A stretch of 64,000 bases of DNA from a virus. Its lineage: Duplodnaviria; Caudoviricetes. The position numbers and the translations under genes are program-made. Of this stretch, positions 36,803 to 45,004 are shown piece by piece (position 1 is the first letter of the stretch; the number at the start of each line of letters is the position of its first letter). The stretch spans positions 1 to 64,000 of the IMG/VR virus record IMGVR_UViG_3300005439_000018. One strand, written 5' to 3'. The notes under the pieces are model-generated. The model made no database searches and was not told the DNA's origin. It saw nothing but the letters and a program-made list of their open reading frames with translations.

Positions 36803-37033
36803 TCAGGGGGTTGTCTCCCTGTCAAGCATTTTGGCGACCGGCCACCCCGTGTGCGGGTCGAGCTCGTCGGGGGAGTACCCCTCGTCCAGGTAGTACGCGG
36901 CCCTCATGTCGTTCATCGACGTGGCCATGTCGGCCAGCTCGGCCGAGTACCGGGGCAGCCCGACCATCCGGCCCGCCAGCATCACCATGCGCAGCCAGGG
37001 TATCGACACGTCGGCCGACGTGCGGTGGCTCAC
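36803..37033 (-). CDS. Hypothetical protein
   Basis: GTGA overlap; 3' end runs into the next promoter. Confidence 0.55.
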   Translation of the reverse strand: MSHRTSADVSIPWLRMVMLAGRMVGLPRYSAELADMATSMNDMRAAYYLDEGYSPDELDPHTGWPVAKMLDRETTP

Positions 37034-37128
37034 CGGCCCGTCCACCTGTCGTAGTCGTCCTGGCCCTGCCGGAACCCGGCGGCCAGCGCCTGGAACACCG
37101 ACTCCCACCATATTCTGAACCTCAACAT
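37030..37128 (-). CDS. Small hypothetical protein
   Basis: AGGAGGG RBS. Confidence 0.5.
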   Translation of the reverse strand: MLRFRIWWESVFQALAAGFRQGQDDYDRWTGR

Positions 37129-37138
37129 CGTTCCCCTC

Positions 37139-37330
37139 CTAGTAGGTCGTGTTCCAGTCGGTCGCGGCCAGGTCCTCGGCCGTGGGCTCGTACGGGTGCA
37201 GGCACACGGTGTCCGTGAACAGGTACGTCTTGCCCAGGCGGTCACCGATCCAGAAGTCCTCGGCCAGCCACGGGTCGCGCCAGGCGGTCTCGCCCTCGGC
37301 TATCCGCTCGGTAACCTTCGCGTAGTCCAT
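37139..37330 (-). CDS. Hypothetical protein (DUF2829-like)
   Basis: W...PYEPTAEDLAATDW pattern. Confidence 0.65.
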   Translation of the reverse strand: MDYAKVTERIAEGETAWRDPWLAEDFWIGDRLGKTYLFTDTVCLHPYEPTAEDLAATDWNTTY

Positions 37331-37386
37331 CGGGGCCCTCCTATGCTTGGGGGCGGGGGTGGTGTACCCCCGCCCCTGGCGGTGTG

Positions 37387-37626
37387 CTACTGGACGATCT
37401 TGGTGATCCAGGCAGCCAGCGCCTGGACCTGCGGGTTCTGCTCGTCGGCCCGCGTGACGTGCCGGGCCAGGTGCATCGGGTCGTGGGCGGCCGGGTTCTG
37501 GGCCAGCTCCACCAGGCTCTCGGCCAGCGTGTCGCCGTCGTACCCGTGGGCGCGGGCGACCCGGTGGATCTCCTCGCCCTGGTCTCCGATGTGGCGGGCG
37601 GCTTCCTCGGGGGTGCGTCGTGTCAC
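37387..37626 (-). CDS. Hypothetical protein
   Basis: AAGGAG RBS after a promoter cassette. Confidence 0.65.
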   Translation of the reverse strand: MTRRTPEEAARHIGDQGEEIHRVARAHGYDGDTLAESLVELAQNPAAHDPMHLARHVTRADEQNPQVQALAAWITKIVQ

Positions 37627-37709
37627 TTCGTGCTCCTTCGGCCGGGGCGGTCCGGGATGGACCGCCTCCAACCTCCATTCTACCACGGACTTGACACGCT
37701 GTCAAGGGG

Positions 37710-38207
37710 CTAGTTCTGGCACTCCAGGTTGGCCGGGGCCGGGGTCACCACCCTGTCGATCTTGATGATGTTGGGGTACCAGGACATCCACGGGACACGC
37801 CACCCCCGGGACACGAACTCGACCACCGACCCCGGGCACAGCTCGTTCGTGAAGTCGCTACTGTTCCGCTTGCCCGCCAGCAGGCTGTCGTTGTTGGCGA
37901 ACACCCCGTCGCTGGTGTACACCAGCGTCTGGCACGAGTAGCTCTTGCCGGTGCCGGAGCAGTGGTCGGCCACCCGGTTGATGTGGGCCGTGTGCGTACT
38001 GGTGGACCTCCGGTAGTCGGCGACCCCCCACACGGCCAGGCCCGCCAGGCCCGCCGCCAGCACCAGCCCGCACCCGATCGCGATGTTCCGGGCGCGGTTC
38101 TGGCGCTCCTGCTCCCGGCGCCGGGATTCGGCCAGCCTCTCGCGGGCGGTCGGCGGGGAGACGATCAGCGGGGTGCGGTCGTCGTCGAACCGGTACTTGT
38201 ACTCCAT
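37710..38207 (-). CDS. Membrane-anchored extracytoplasmic protein
   Basis: One TM, then Y.VYTSDGVF.N.DS...GWRVPWMSWYPNI beta domain. Confidence 0.72.
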   Translation of the reverse strand: MEYKYRFDDDRTPLIVSPPTARERLAESRRREQERQNRARNIAIGCGLVLAAGLAGLAVWGVADYRRSTSTHTAHINRVADHCSGTGKSYSCQTLVYTSDGVFANNDSLLAGKRNSSDFTNELCPGSVVEFVSRGWRVPWMSWYPNIIKIDRVVTPAPANLECQN

Positions 38208-38260
38208 GTTGCCCTCCCTCAGGCGGGGGCGCCGGACTGCCCGGCGCCCCGGATGGTGCG

Positions 38261-38782
38261 TCAGTGCGGGTGGTGGTGCAGCTCGCCGACCGTGACCAGG
38301 CAGACGGACTGGCCACCGGCCAGGCACCACTCCCCCTGTGCCGTGTGGTGGCGCGGCACCTTGTTCGAGCCCCACCGGATCTTGGTCCGGCGGGTGCACT
38401 TGTGGCAGTCGTACTCGGTCGGCGGCTGGGCGGGGGTGGTGTCCGGCTTCCGGAACTTGTCCAGCAGGTGTGCCGGGGCGCCTTTGGCCGTGTACACGCT
38501 GATGTGGACGCGGTAGCTCACGCCCTCGCCGGAGTCGTGCCGCTCGTAGATCCACCCCTTCTTCCTCAGTACGTCCTCGGTCTCGTCCGCCAGCTCGCGC
38601 CGGAGCTTGGGCGACCAGACCTCGAACGTCAGGAACGCGTACGGCTTCAGCCCGTAGCGCGCGTTGGCCACCCTGACCCCGCGCGGCCTGTCCCCGACCC
38701 GGTTCGACCAGCGCGCCACCGGCACGCCGTTCTCCCGCAGCGCCCGGGAGACGTTGCTGCACCACCCGCTGCCGCCCGCCAT
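38261..38782 (-). CDS. Hypothetical protein with C-terminal zinc finger
   Basis: AGGAGG RBS; CHKC...H...C. Confidence 0.65.
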   Translation of the reverse strand: MAGGSGWCSNVSRALRENGVPVARWSNRVGDRPRGVRVANARYGLKPYAFLTFEVWSPKLRRELADETEDVLRKKGWIYERHDSGEGVSYRVHISVYTAKGAPAHLLDKFRKPDTTPAQPPTEYDCHKCTRRTKIRWGSNKVPRHHTAQGEWCLAGGQSVCLVTVGELHHHPH

Positions 38783-38999
38783 GCTGCCACCTCCTGTCCG
38801 GGGGCGGCTCAGACGGCCACCCGCACGGCCCATCCAACCACCGGCTTGCCTCGGAGTCAAGTACGGGAGGCGTGGTGCCGGTGAAACCGCGTGTGGTAGA
38901 GTCGTCTCCATACCGCCGCCGCACCAAGGCTCTGCGGAGCACAGGGCAGCTGGTAAGACTGACCCCGGTGATCGTAACCAGGTACGGCGGCGGAGGCAA

Positions 39000-39076
39000 A
39001 GCGGCGTGGAGCAGTTCGGTAGCTCGCTTGGCTCATAACCAAGAGGTCTCGGGTTCAAATCCCGACGCCGCCACCA
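39000..39076 (+). tRNA. tRNA-Met(CAT), initiator-like
   Basis: Cloverleaf, loop CTCATAA, A1:C72 mismatch, encoded CCA. Confidence 0.9.
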
Positions 39077-39213
39077 CCCACCGACGATGTTGGTAAGCTC
39101 GACCGCTCCCCCTGGGCGCCCAGGGACCGGAGCGCGCGGCCTAAGACACCGGGTCGCGGGTGCTGCGGGCCGCCGGTCCCCGAATTCCGGCCAGTGCGGC
39201 CCCCTCAGTGCCC

Positions 39214-39238
39214 TCAGGCAGACGAGGGGGCCGCACTT
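39214..39238 (+). terminator. GC-rich hairpin after tRNA-Met (3' arm; stem spans about 39192-39238)
   Basis: AGTGCGGCCCCCTC / GAGGGGGCCGCACT. Confidence 0.45.
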
Positions 39239-39271
39239 GTGTCTGCGGGCGGCCGGGCGTAGCCTGGTCGC

Positions 39272-39562
39272 ATGGACACCGCCGACAGCCGCGCCCTGGA
39301 CGTGTACGAGGGCGGTACTGTGAACTCCGGCCCGCACTACGGCAACCAGCCCAACGTGAAGCCCGCCGACGACAGCACGGGCGTACCCGCTGAGGGCAGC
39401 CGCGTGCGGCACCTCCGGTCCGGTGAGACCGGCACCGTAACCGGCGTCCACGTCCACGGCCATTCGGGCGAACGGATGCCCACCGTACGCTGGGACAGCC
39501 AGCCCGCCACCGGGTTCACCTCCGACCAGGGCTACTCGCTGGACAGCCTCACAAACCCGTAG
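39272..39562 (+). CDS. SH3-like paralog C
   Basis: EGSRVRHLRSGETGTVT...PTVRWD...GYSLDSL; start could be GTG 39320. Confidence 0.65.
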   Translation: MDTADSRALDVYEGGTVNSGPHYGNQPNVKPADDSTGVPAEGSRVRHLRSGETGTVTGVHVHGHSGERMPTVRWDSQPATGFTSDQGYSLDSLTNP

Positions 39563-39745
39563 GTAGACTGATCCTCTCGTCCGACAAAGCCGTGTCCGGG
39601 CTACCGGGGAGGGCGACACAGGTCGACCTCGCAGCTGCCTCCGGTCCTGGGCCGACCCAGGCTCGACGGAGCCAGGACGAGCGCGGGCGGTCGTGCCGCC
39701 AAGTCGGGACCCACGGTGGCCGAAAGCACGTGGGACCCGGCGCCC

Positions 39746-39821
39746 TGGCCCGTAGCTCAGTAGGCAGAGCGCCGCACTGTTAATGCGGACGTCGCAGGTT
39801 CGACCCCTGCCGGGCCAGCCA
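39746..39821 (+). tRNA. tRNA-Asn(GTT)
   Basis: Cloverleaf, loop CTGTTAA, discriminator G, encoded CCA. Confidence 0.92.
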
Positions 39822-39839
39822 GCAAAACCCCTGTGGTAC

Positions 39840-40213
39840 CGTGGTATCACGCGCCGCAGGGACCACCCGAGGGACGACCCCACGAAGGGTGAGCCGCTTA
39901 GTCAGCGGATACCGCTGCGGTTAAGAGCACCAGGGAAGACCGTGCGCACGGGCCGGGCATGGTACCGGCGGACCTGGTGTGGAGCTGGACGGCGGTTGCG
40001 GATTGGGGGTGTCGCCCCCGTGAGTCGACCGCCGAGCCAGCCACCCCCGAGCCGGTGTCCGTAAATGCACCGTGGCGGGGTTTGCACAGCGGCGGGAACA
40101 ACCCGGCACCGGCCTAAGGTGGATTGGGCAGGGGCAGCCTCAACCCGTAAGCACCCGTGTGAAGCCGTACCTTCTTAGGGCGAGGGACGAAGCTGGTGCC
40201 GGGCCCGCCGCAC
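39840..40213 (+). ncRNA. Candidate large structured ncRNA
   Basis: About 370 nt without a plausible CDS, nested long-range helices (see findings). Confidence 0.5.
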
Positions 40214-40231
40214 GCATGTTAGTCTGGGCGC

Positions 40232-40513
40232 ATGACTTCCGTACACGCCACGCCGCCGGTCGCGGGTACGCCGCCTGTGTACCCGTTCGCCGAGTGGCTT
40301 GACGGCCAGCGGTGGACGCTGAACCGGGGGCGCGACTTCTGGGGCCCGCCCCGCGACTTCGCCCGCCGCATCCAGGCCAGCGCCCGAGCCCGCCGCCTGG
40401 TCCTATTCATGCGCTACGAGCCGGACGGCCAATACATCGAGCTGTGCGCCACCCCCCGCCCCTCGGCCGAGTCCGCCGTCCCCGTGGTAAAGATCGAGGA
40501 CGCCGATGCCTAG
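40232..40513 (+). CDS. Hypothetical protein
   Basis: YPFAEWLDG..W.L..G.DF pattern. Confidence 0.7.
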   Translation: MTSVHATPPVAGTPPVYPFAEWLDGQRWTLNRGRDFWGPPRDFARRIQASARARRLVLFMRYEPDGQYIELCATPRPSAESAVPVVKIEDADA

Positions 40514-40754
40514 GATGACCGCCGCCCAGCGGTACCTGCACCGCAAGTATCGGCAGGCCGTGCGCGCCCGCCAGCAGGCCGAGCAGCTGGAGCAGCGCAG
40601 GCTGCTGGACGAGCGGTACCGACAGATCGGTGACCACCCCAACGACTGGGTGCTGACCGTCGAGAGGCACAACGTCGCTCCCAAGACCACTCTCGGACGC
40701 GTCGTCGAAGAGCGCGGACGGCCGGGCGGGGGTGGTGTAGATGGCCACGGGTGA
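40506..40754 (+). CDS. Hypothetical protein
   Basis: Overlaps both neighbours. Confidence 0.55.
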   Translation: MPRMTAAQRYLHRKYRQAVRARQQAEQLEQRRLLDERYRQIGDHPNDWVLTVERHNVAPKTTLGRVVEERGRPGGGGVDGHG

Positions 40755-41292
40755 GCCGCGCACCCCGGCGGCCATCGCCCGGTTCGAGCGGGAGAAGGCT
40801 AACCAGAGGAAGCTCCAGCGCGAAGTGCTGGAGCTGCGCAAGGCCGGATACTCCTACTACCGGATCGCCCAGGTCCAGGGATGCTCGACCCGCACCGCCC
40901 TGAACCGGTACAAGCGCGCGATCGCCCGGGACATCCCGGAGGAGGAGATCATCGAGGCGCGCAAGCTGGAGCTGGACCGGTACGACGAGATCACCGTCAT
41001 GAACATGGCGCTGCTGGCCCGCGCGTTCGAGGCCGGGGACGTCGAGACGTTCTGCAAGATCCAGGACCGTATCAACGGCGTGCACGACCGGCGCCGGATG
41101 ATGATCCCGATCCAGGTAAACCCCAAACTGGTCATCGAGCAGGAGACCACGCTGCGGACGGCCCAGGACAGCGAGCTCGCCGACCTGCTGGGCAAGGCTG
41201 CCAACGACGTCGAGGACAAGGTCCGGTGGCTCACCGAGCAGTACGGCGGGGTTGGGCCCGACCCCATCGTGCCCGGTGAACCGATGGGGTAG
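40741..41292 (+). CDS. Terminase small subunit-like HTH protein
   Basis: VLELRKAGYSYYRIAQVQG, RKLELDRYD pattern of actinophage TerS. Confidence 0.72.
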   Translation: MATGEPRTPAAIARFEREKANQRKLQREVLELRKAGYSYYRIAQVQGCSTRTALNRYKRAIARDIPEEEIIEARKLELDRYDEITVMNMALLARAFEAGDVETFCKIQDRINGVHDRRRMMIPIQVNPKLVIEQETTLRTAQDSELADLLGKAANDVEDKVRWLTEQYGGVGPDPIVPGEPMG

Positions 41293-41302
41293 GGTAGGCC
41301 GC

Positions 41303-41578
41303 ATGACCGAGGCCGACCAGGAGCTGACCGACGCGGTGGACAGGTATCTGCACCGCGCCGGTCTGATCTTCGACGATTCAGACCAGACCGGACTGACACT
41401 GACCGATGTGATGTTGGTGACCGTCCGGTGCGGATTCGACCAGCTGGGCAGCAAGTCCCAGACGTCAGTCATCACCCCTACAGACTCGTCCGTCCCCATC
41501 CTCATTGGCATGGCGAGGTACGCCTCGATCCGGTTCGAGAGCATGGCGGAGGGGTCGTTCCCGAAAGAGGGCGGCTGA
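41303..41578 (+). CDS. Hypothetical protein
   Basis: LTDVMLV...GMARYA. Confidence 0.7.
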   Translation: MTEADQELTDAVDRYLHRAGLIFDDSDQTGLTLTDVMLVTVRCGFDQLGSKSQTSVITPTDSSVPILIGMARYASIRFESMAEGSFPKEGG

Positions 41579-41964
41579 TGACCGCCACCACGGCCGCCCG
41601 GCTGGACCCCGAGGTGCCGCTGTTCAGATACCGCACCGGCCAGGTGTGGGAGCAGACCCGCATGCAGCTGGCCAGCCCCCGGCCCGACGGCGCCGTTGCC
41701 TACTACCAGGACAGCCTATCCCGCCTGCACCCGGTCTCCTGGCGCCCCCGGTTCGACGACGAGTCGGCCCGCGCCCTGTGCCAGTACGTCCGGGCGCTGG
41801 CCGACAAGGCCGGGCTGGAGGTCGTCGAGGGCCCGTTCCTCCAGGTGCTGGAGGACGACGGTGCGACCCCGCCCGGCTACGCCATGTTGCGCGCCATCGT
41901 CTGGGTCGAGGAATACGACCTGGTGGTGCCGGTCGACGGGGGGGCGGCCGATGGCCCAGCATGA
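41578..41964 (+). CDS. Hypothetical protein
   Basis: Coupled start. Confidence 0.65.
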   Translation: MTATTAARLDPEVPLFRYRTGQVWEQTRMQLASPRPDGAVAYYQDSLSRLHPVSWRPRFDDESARALCQYVRALADKAGLEVVEGPFLQVLEDDGATPPGYAMLRAIVWVEEYDLVVPVDGGAADGPA

Positions 41965-42166
41965 GGGCGTGCTCCGCCAGTTCGCCATCTCGGCCGACGG
42001 AGACGTCGACCCCGATACCGGCCACATCCAGGTGTGGGCCGTGCTCACCCACCTGCCGTGCGGCGCCCCTCTGTGGGGCGACGGCGGCGACCAGCTCGTC
42101 ATGCGGGCCGACCAGCTGTTCCAGTTGATGTATGACCACAGGTGCAAGGAGACCACTAATGGCTGA
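41951..42166 (+). CDS. Small metal-binding protein
   Basis: H..C...H.C. Confidence 0.62.
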   Translation: MAQHEGVLRQFAISADGDVDPDTGHIQVWAVLTHLPCGAPLWGDGGDQLVMRADQLFQLMYDHRCKETTNG

Positions 42167-42374
42167 GCGTCTGACCGCACCGGCCGCGCACCTGGTCACC
42201 GTCGAATGTGCGGAGGGAGGGGGTGGTGTACTGGTCGCGCACGCGCTGTGCAACGACCCGGCCGTGTTCGTGCCGAACCGCCCCAACAGCCGTGCCGTGC
42301 TGGCCATCGACATCATCCAGGCCGTGCTCGGCCACCGCTGCCCGCCCGGCCAGGGCGACGACCCCGAGAGATGA
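42159..42374 (+). CDS. Small metal-binding protein
   Basis: H..C...H.C, similar to the previous gene. Confidence 0.62.
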   Translation: MAERLTAPAAHLVTVECAEGGGGVLVAHALCNDPAVFVPNRPNSRAVLAIDIIQAVLGHRCPPGQGDDPER

Positions 42375-42378
42375 CCCG

Positions 42379-43095
42379 GTGATCTACGACCCCGACCCGG
42401 GACCGATGTCGGTCGGCCCCACTCCAACCGACCTTACCGACATGCTCGACCAGATGGGTACCGACCCCCGGACGCAGAATGAGGTCACCCGCGAGGTCAA
42501 CAAGCTGGCCGCGATCATGGGCAGGGGCCACATGGACGCGGTCGCCGACTGGGCGGCAAAGTGGGCCGACCGGTCCCGGGCCGCCTTCGGGCACCCGTCC
42601 ACGTTCGACCCTCACGCCAACGTTCCCATCTATCTGCACCTGGATGTCTCGGTCGGCATCCGGGTGCAGCTGGAGGGAGCGGTGTGGCAGTACCGCCAGG
42701 ACGTCGACCCGTGGATGTGGACCATGGAGTTCACAGACCCGGTCCAGCGGGAGAGCTTCCTCCAGCATTTCATCAAGACCGCACTCGGTGCGCTGGCCGC
42801 CCACGACGACAAGGCGCTGCGCTTCTTCCTGAAGCGCGTGTTCGTGGTGACGCCCGAGGATGCCCACGACACCCCCGTGTGCCGCGAGAGCCACGCGGAG
42901 GGCTTCTCGGAATGGCCCCGGTGCCTGGACGGGGTGGTGCTGTCCGAGCTTCCCGGAGTGTCTCCCGTGCCCGGCGCGGGTGCCTCCGCGCACCAGCGGT
43001 TCCGCGATATCGCCCGGGGGGTCTGCCCCTGCCGCTGCCACCCGTTCCCCGCCCAGCGGAAGCGCCTGGTCCCCGGGCTGGGGTGGTATCGGTGA
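42379..43095 (+). CDS. Hypothetical protein
   Basis: High GC3; C-terminal CPCRCH. Confidence 0.65.
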   Translation: MIYDPDPGPMSVGPTPTDLTDMLDQMGTDPRTQNEVTREVNKLAAIMGRGHMDAVADWAAKWADRSRAAFGHPSTFDPHANVPIYLHLDVSVGIRVQLEGAVWQYRQDVDPWMWTMEFTDPVQRESFLQHFIKTALGALAAHDDKALRFFLKRVFVVTPEDAHDTPVCRESHAEGFSEWPRCLDGVVLSELPGVSPVPGAGASAHQRFRDIARGVCPCRCHPFPAQRKRLVPGLGWYR

Positions 43096-43568
43096 GGCGC
43101 GACCGGTTCACCGACCCCGGCATGAACGGCGATTTCCTGCGGCTGGTGGCCGAGCGCGTCTGTGTCCGGTTGCAGATCGACCGGGATTTCATCCACAGTA
43201 TCGAGATGACGGAGCTCCCCAACCTGCTGGGCGACCGGCTGGCCGTGCTGCTGGAGGCCCGGATCTACGGGGAGAAGCTGCCACCGGTTACCAAGACCCA
43301 CACCATCGAGATCCCGGCCGACTGGCGCCAGCACTGGAAGCGCGATCACGCCGATGTCTGGTGGGCCCGGTGGTGGGTCCGGCGCCACCCGCCCCGGCTG
43401 TGCAAGGAGACCCTGAGCACCACCTGGGACGCCCGGGCCAGCTACCCGTGGCTGCGGGCACGGACCCAGCCGGTGCCGTCCGACTTCGGACAGGCCGTGT
43501 TCGTCCACCTGCCGCCCCAGTCCAGCTACACCAGCGAGTACCTGGGCGTGAGGGACCAGAACCTGTGA
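43092..43568 (+). CDS. Hypothetical protein
   Basis: GTGA overlap; P.DW.QHWK. Confidence 0.68.
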   Translation: MRRDRFTDPGMNGDFLRLVAERVCVRLQIDRDFIHSIEMTELPNLLGDRLAVLLEARIYGEKLPPVTKTHTIEIPADWRQHWKRDHADVWWARWWVRRHPPRLCKETLSTTWDARASYPWLRARTQPVPSDFGQAVFVHLPPQSSYTSEYLGVRDQNL

Positions 43569-43712
43569 ACGCCCGCGACTTGGGTCAGGGCCGACTGCGG
43601 CGCAGCCTGGACCCCGGCGCCCCCACACCACCCTCCCCCTATTCGCCGTTTCCGCCGGGCGTCGAATGGGGGAGGGTGGTATACGGGCCCCGCCGACGTG
43701 TACCCTGGTGGC

Positions 43713-44186
43713 GTGACCGGATCCGCCGACGCCGCAGGTGGCGATAACCTCAACGCCACCCGCCGCGACCGCATGTCCAAGGGCTGGCCGTCGGACGTGG
43801 GGTCGGCCAAGGACGACCCGTCGGCGGCCCAGGGCGTCAACCAGTGGCCGGGAGCCAACCGGACGACCAACAGGCAGCCCAGCGCTCTGGAGTACCAGAC
43901 CTATGAGACGGTCCCCGGCCAGCAGCAGCACGTCACCCACGACAACCGCGTCGTGGGCTATGTCCAGAAGTACGCAGACCCCGGCCACGGGCCCCTGTGG
44001 TCGGGCGTCCTGCACCCCGACGTGCACGCCCTCAACCCTACCCACTCCGCCAATCAGCGCGGTTTCGTCCACGCGGCCGACGCCGCCCACTGGGTTATGG
44101 ACCGCCACCGCGACGTGGCCCAGATCGAGAACGTCGGCAACTGGCGCCCCGCCCCGGGCGGGGGACCGAATCTTCCGGGACATTGA
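43713..44186 (+). CDS. Hypothetical protein
   Basis: Possible leaderless GTG after TACCCT. Confidence 0.62.
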   Translation: MTGSADAAGGDNLNATRRDRMSKGWPSDVGSAKDDPSAAQGVNQWPGANRTTNRQPSALEYQTYETVPGQQQHVTHDNRVVGYVQKYADPGHGPLWSGVLHPDVHALNPTHSANQRGFVHAADAAHWVMDRHRDVAQIENVGNWRPAPGGGPNLPGH

Positions 44187-44187
44187 C

Positions 44188-44400
44188 GTGGACCACCCCG
44201 ACGGCTTCCTGACCGCCGAGCAGTTCTACCGGTCGATCGAGGCGGTGGAGCGCCAGCCAACGAACCCCGCACAGTACCTGATGCTGCCCGACTGGTTTCC
44301 CGCCGCCCAGCGCGACTTTGCCGACGAATGGGCGAAGCAGCACGGCTGGGCGGGGGTGGCGTACCACACCCGGACCAAGAGAGGCCGCCCCTGTGTCTGA
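44188..44400 (+). CDS. Hypothetical protein
   Basis: High GC3. Confidence 0.55.
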   Translation: MDHPDGFLTAEQFYRSIEAVERQPTNPAQYLMLPDWFPAAQRDFADEWAKQHGWAGVAYHTRTKRGRPCV

Positions 44401-44815
44401 GAGTCCAGAGGAGAGGCGCCGGAAGGCCCGCGACCGCCAGCGAGATAAGCGGTCTACCCCGGAAGGCCGCCGTGCTTGGAATGATCGACATAATGAGCGC
44501 ACTCGTGAGGCACGCCGCAAGTTGCGCCTGTTGGTTCTGGATTACTATGGTGGGGCGTGTGCGTGCTGCGGCGAGAGTCGAGAGCCGTTTCTGGTCATCG
44601 ACCACATGGACGGTGGCGGAAACGACCACCGCGAGGAGATCAAGCCGTCTGCCACGCACGGCAGGGGCGGCGGTGGAGCGCACATGTATAAGTGGCTCGT
44701 GGCGAACGACTTCCCGCCCGGGTTTCAAGTGCTGTGCGCAAACTGCAACATGGCCAAGGATCGTCCGGGCGGATGCCCGCATACCTGGAAGGAGGACCAA
44801 CACCACTATGACTGA
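44393..44815 (+). CDS. HNH homing endonuclease
   Basis: YGGACACCGE...L.IDH..G.G..HR...QVLCANCN.AK; lower GC. Confidence 0.85.
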   Translation: MSESPEERRRKARDRQRDKRSTPEGRRAWNDRHNERTREARRKLRLLVLDYYGGACACCGESREPFLVIDHMDGGGNDHREEIKPSATHGRGGGGAHMYKWLVANDFPPGFQVLCANCNMAKDRPGGCPHTWKEDQHHYD

Positions 44816-45004
44816 CAAGGGCAAGAGCGGCGAAGGGCACAAGAGCCCCGGGCCGATGCACTCGAAGGCGCAGTGGCGACAATAGGCTTCCTGTTCGCCA
44901 CCAAGAAGCCGTTCGCCCACAAGTGGGCCGAACAGGTCGTGGCCGAGCGCGGGCCCAAGACCGGCTACCGCAGCCTTCCCGAGCGCAAGGGCGCACACAG
45001 GTGA
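44808..45004 (+). pseudogene. Small conserved phage gene split by an 8-nt insertion (pseudogene or recoded)
   Basis: HSKAQWR | FLFATKKPFAHKWAE in two frames around CGACAATAGGC (44877-44887); the distal frame ends in a GTGA overlap with the next gene. Confidence 0.65.

Noticed and set aside
39840-40213. RNase P, tmRNA, SRP or group I/II intron
   Set aside because: None of the hallmark sequences (GAGGAAAGTCC, tag ORF with tRNA-like ends, GGAA/AGCAG domain IV, P7 or domain V) could be identified
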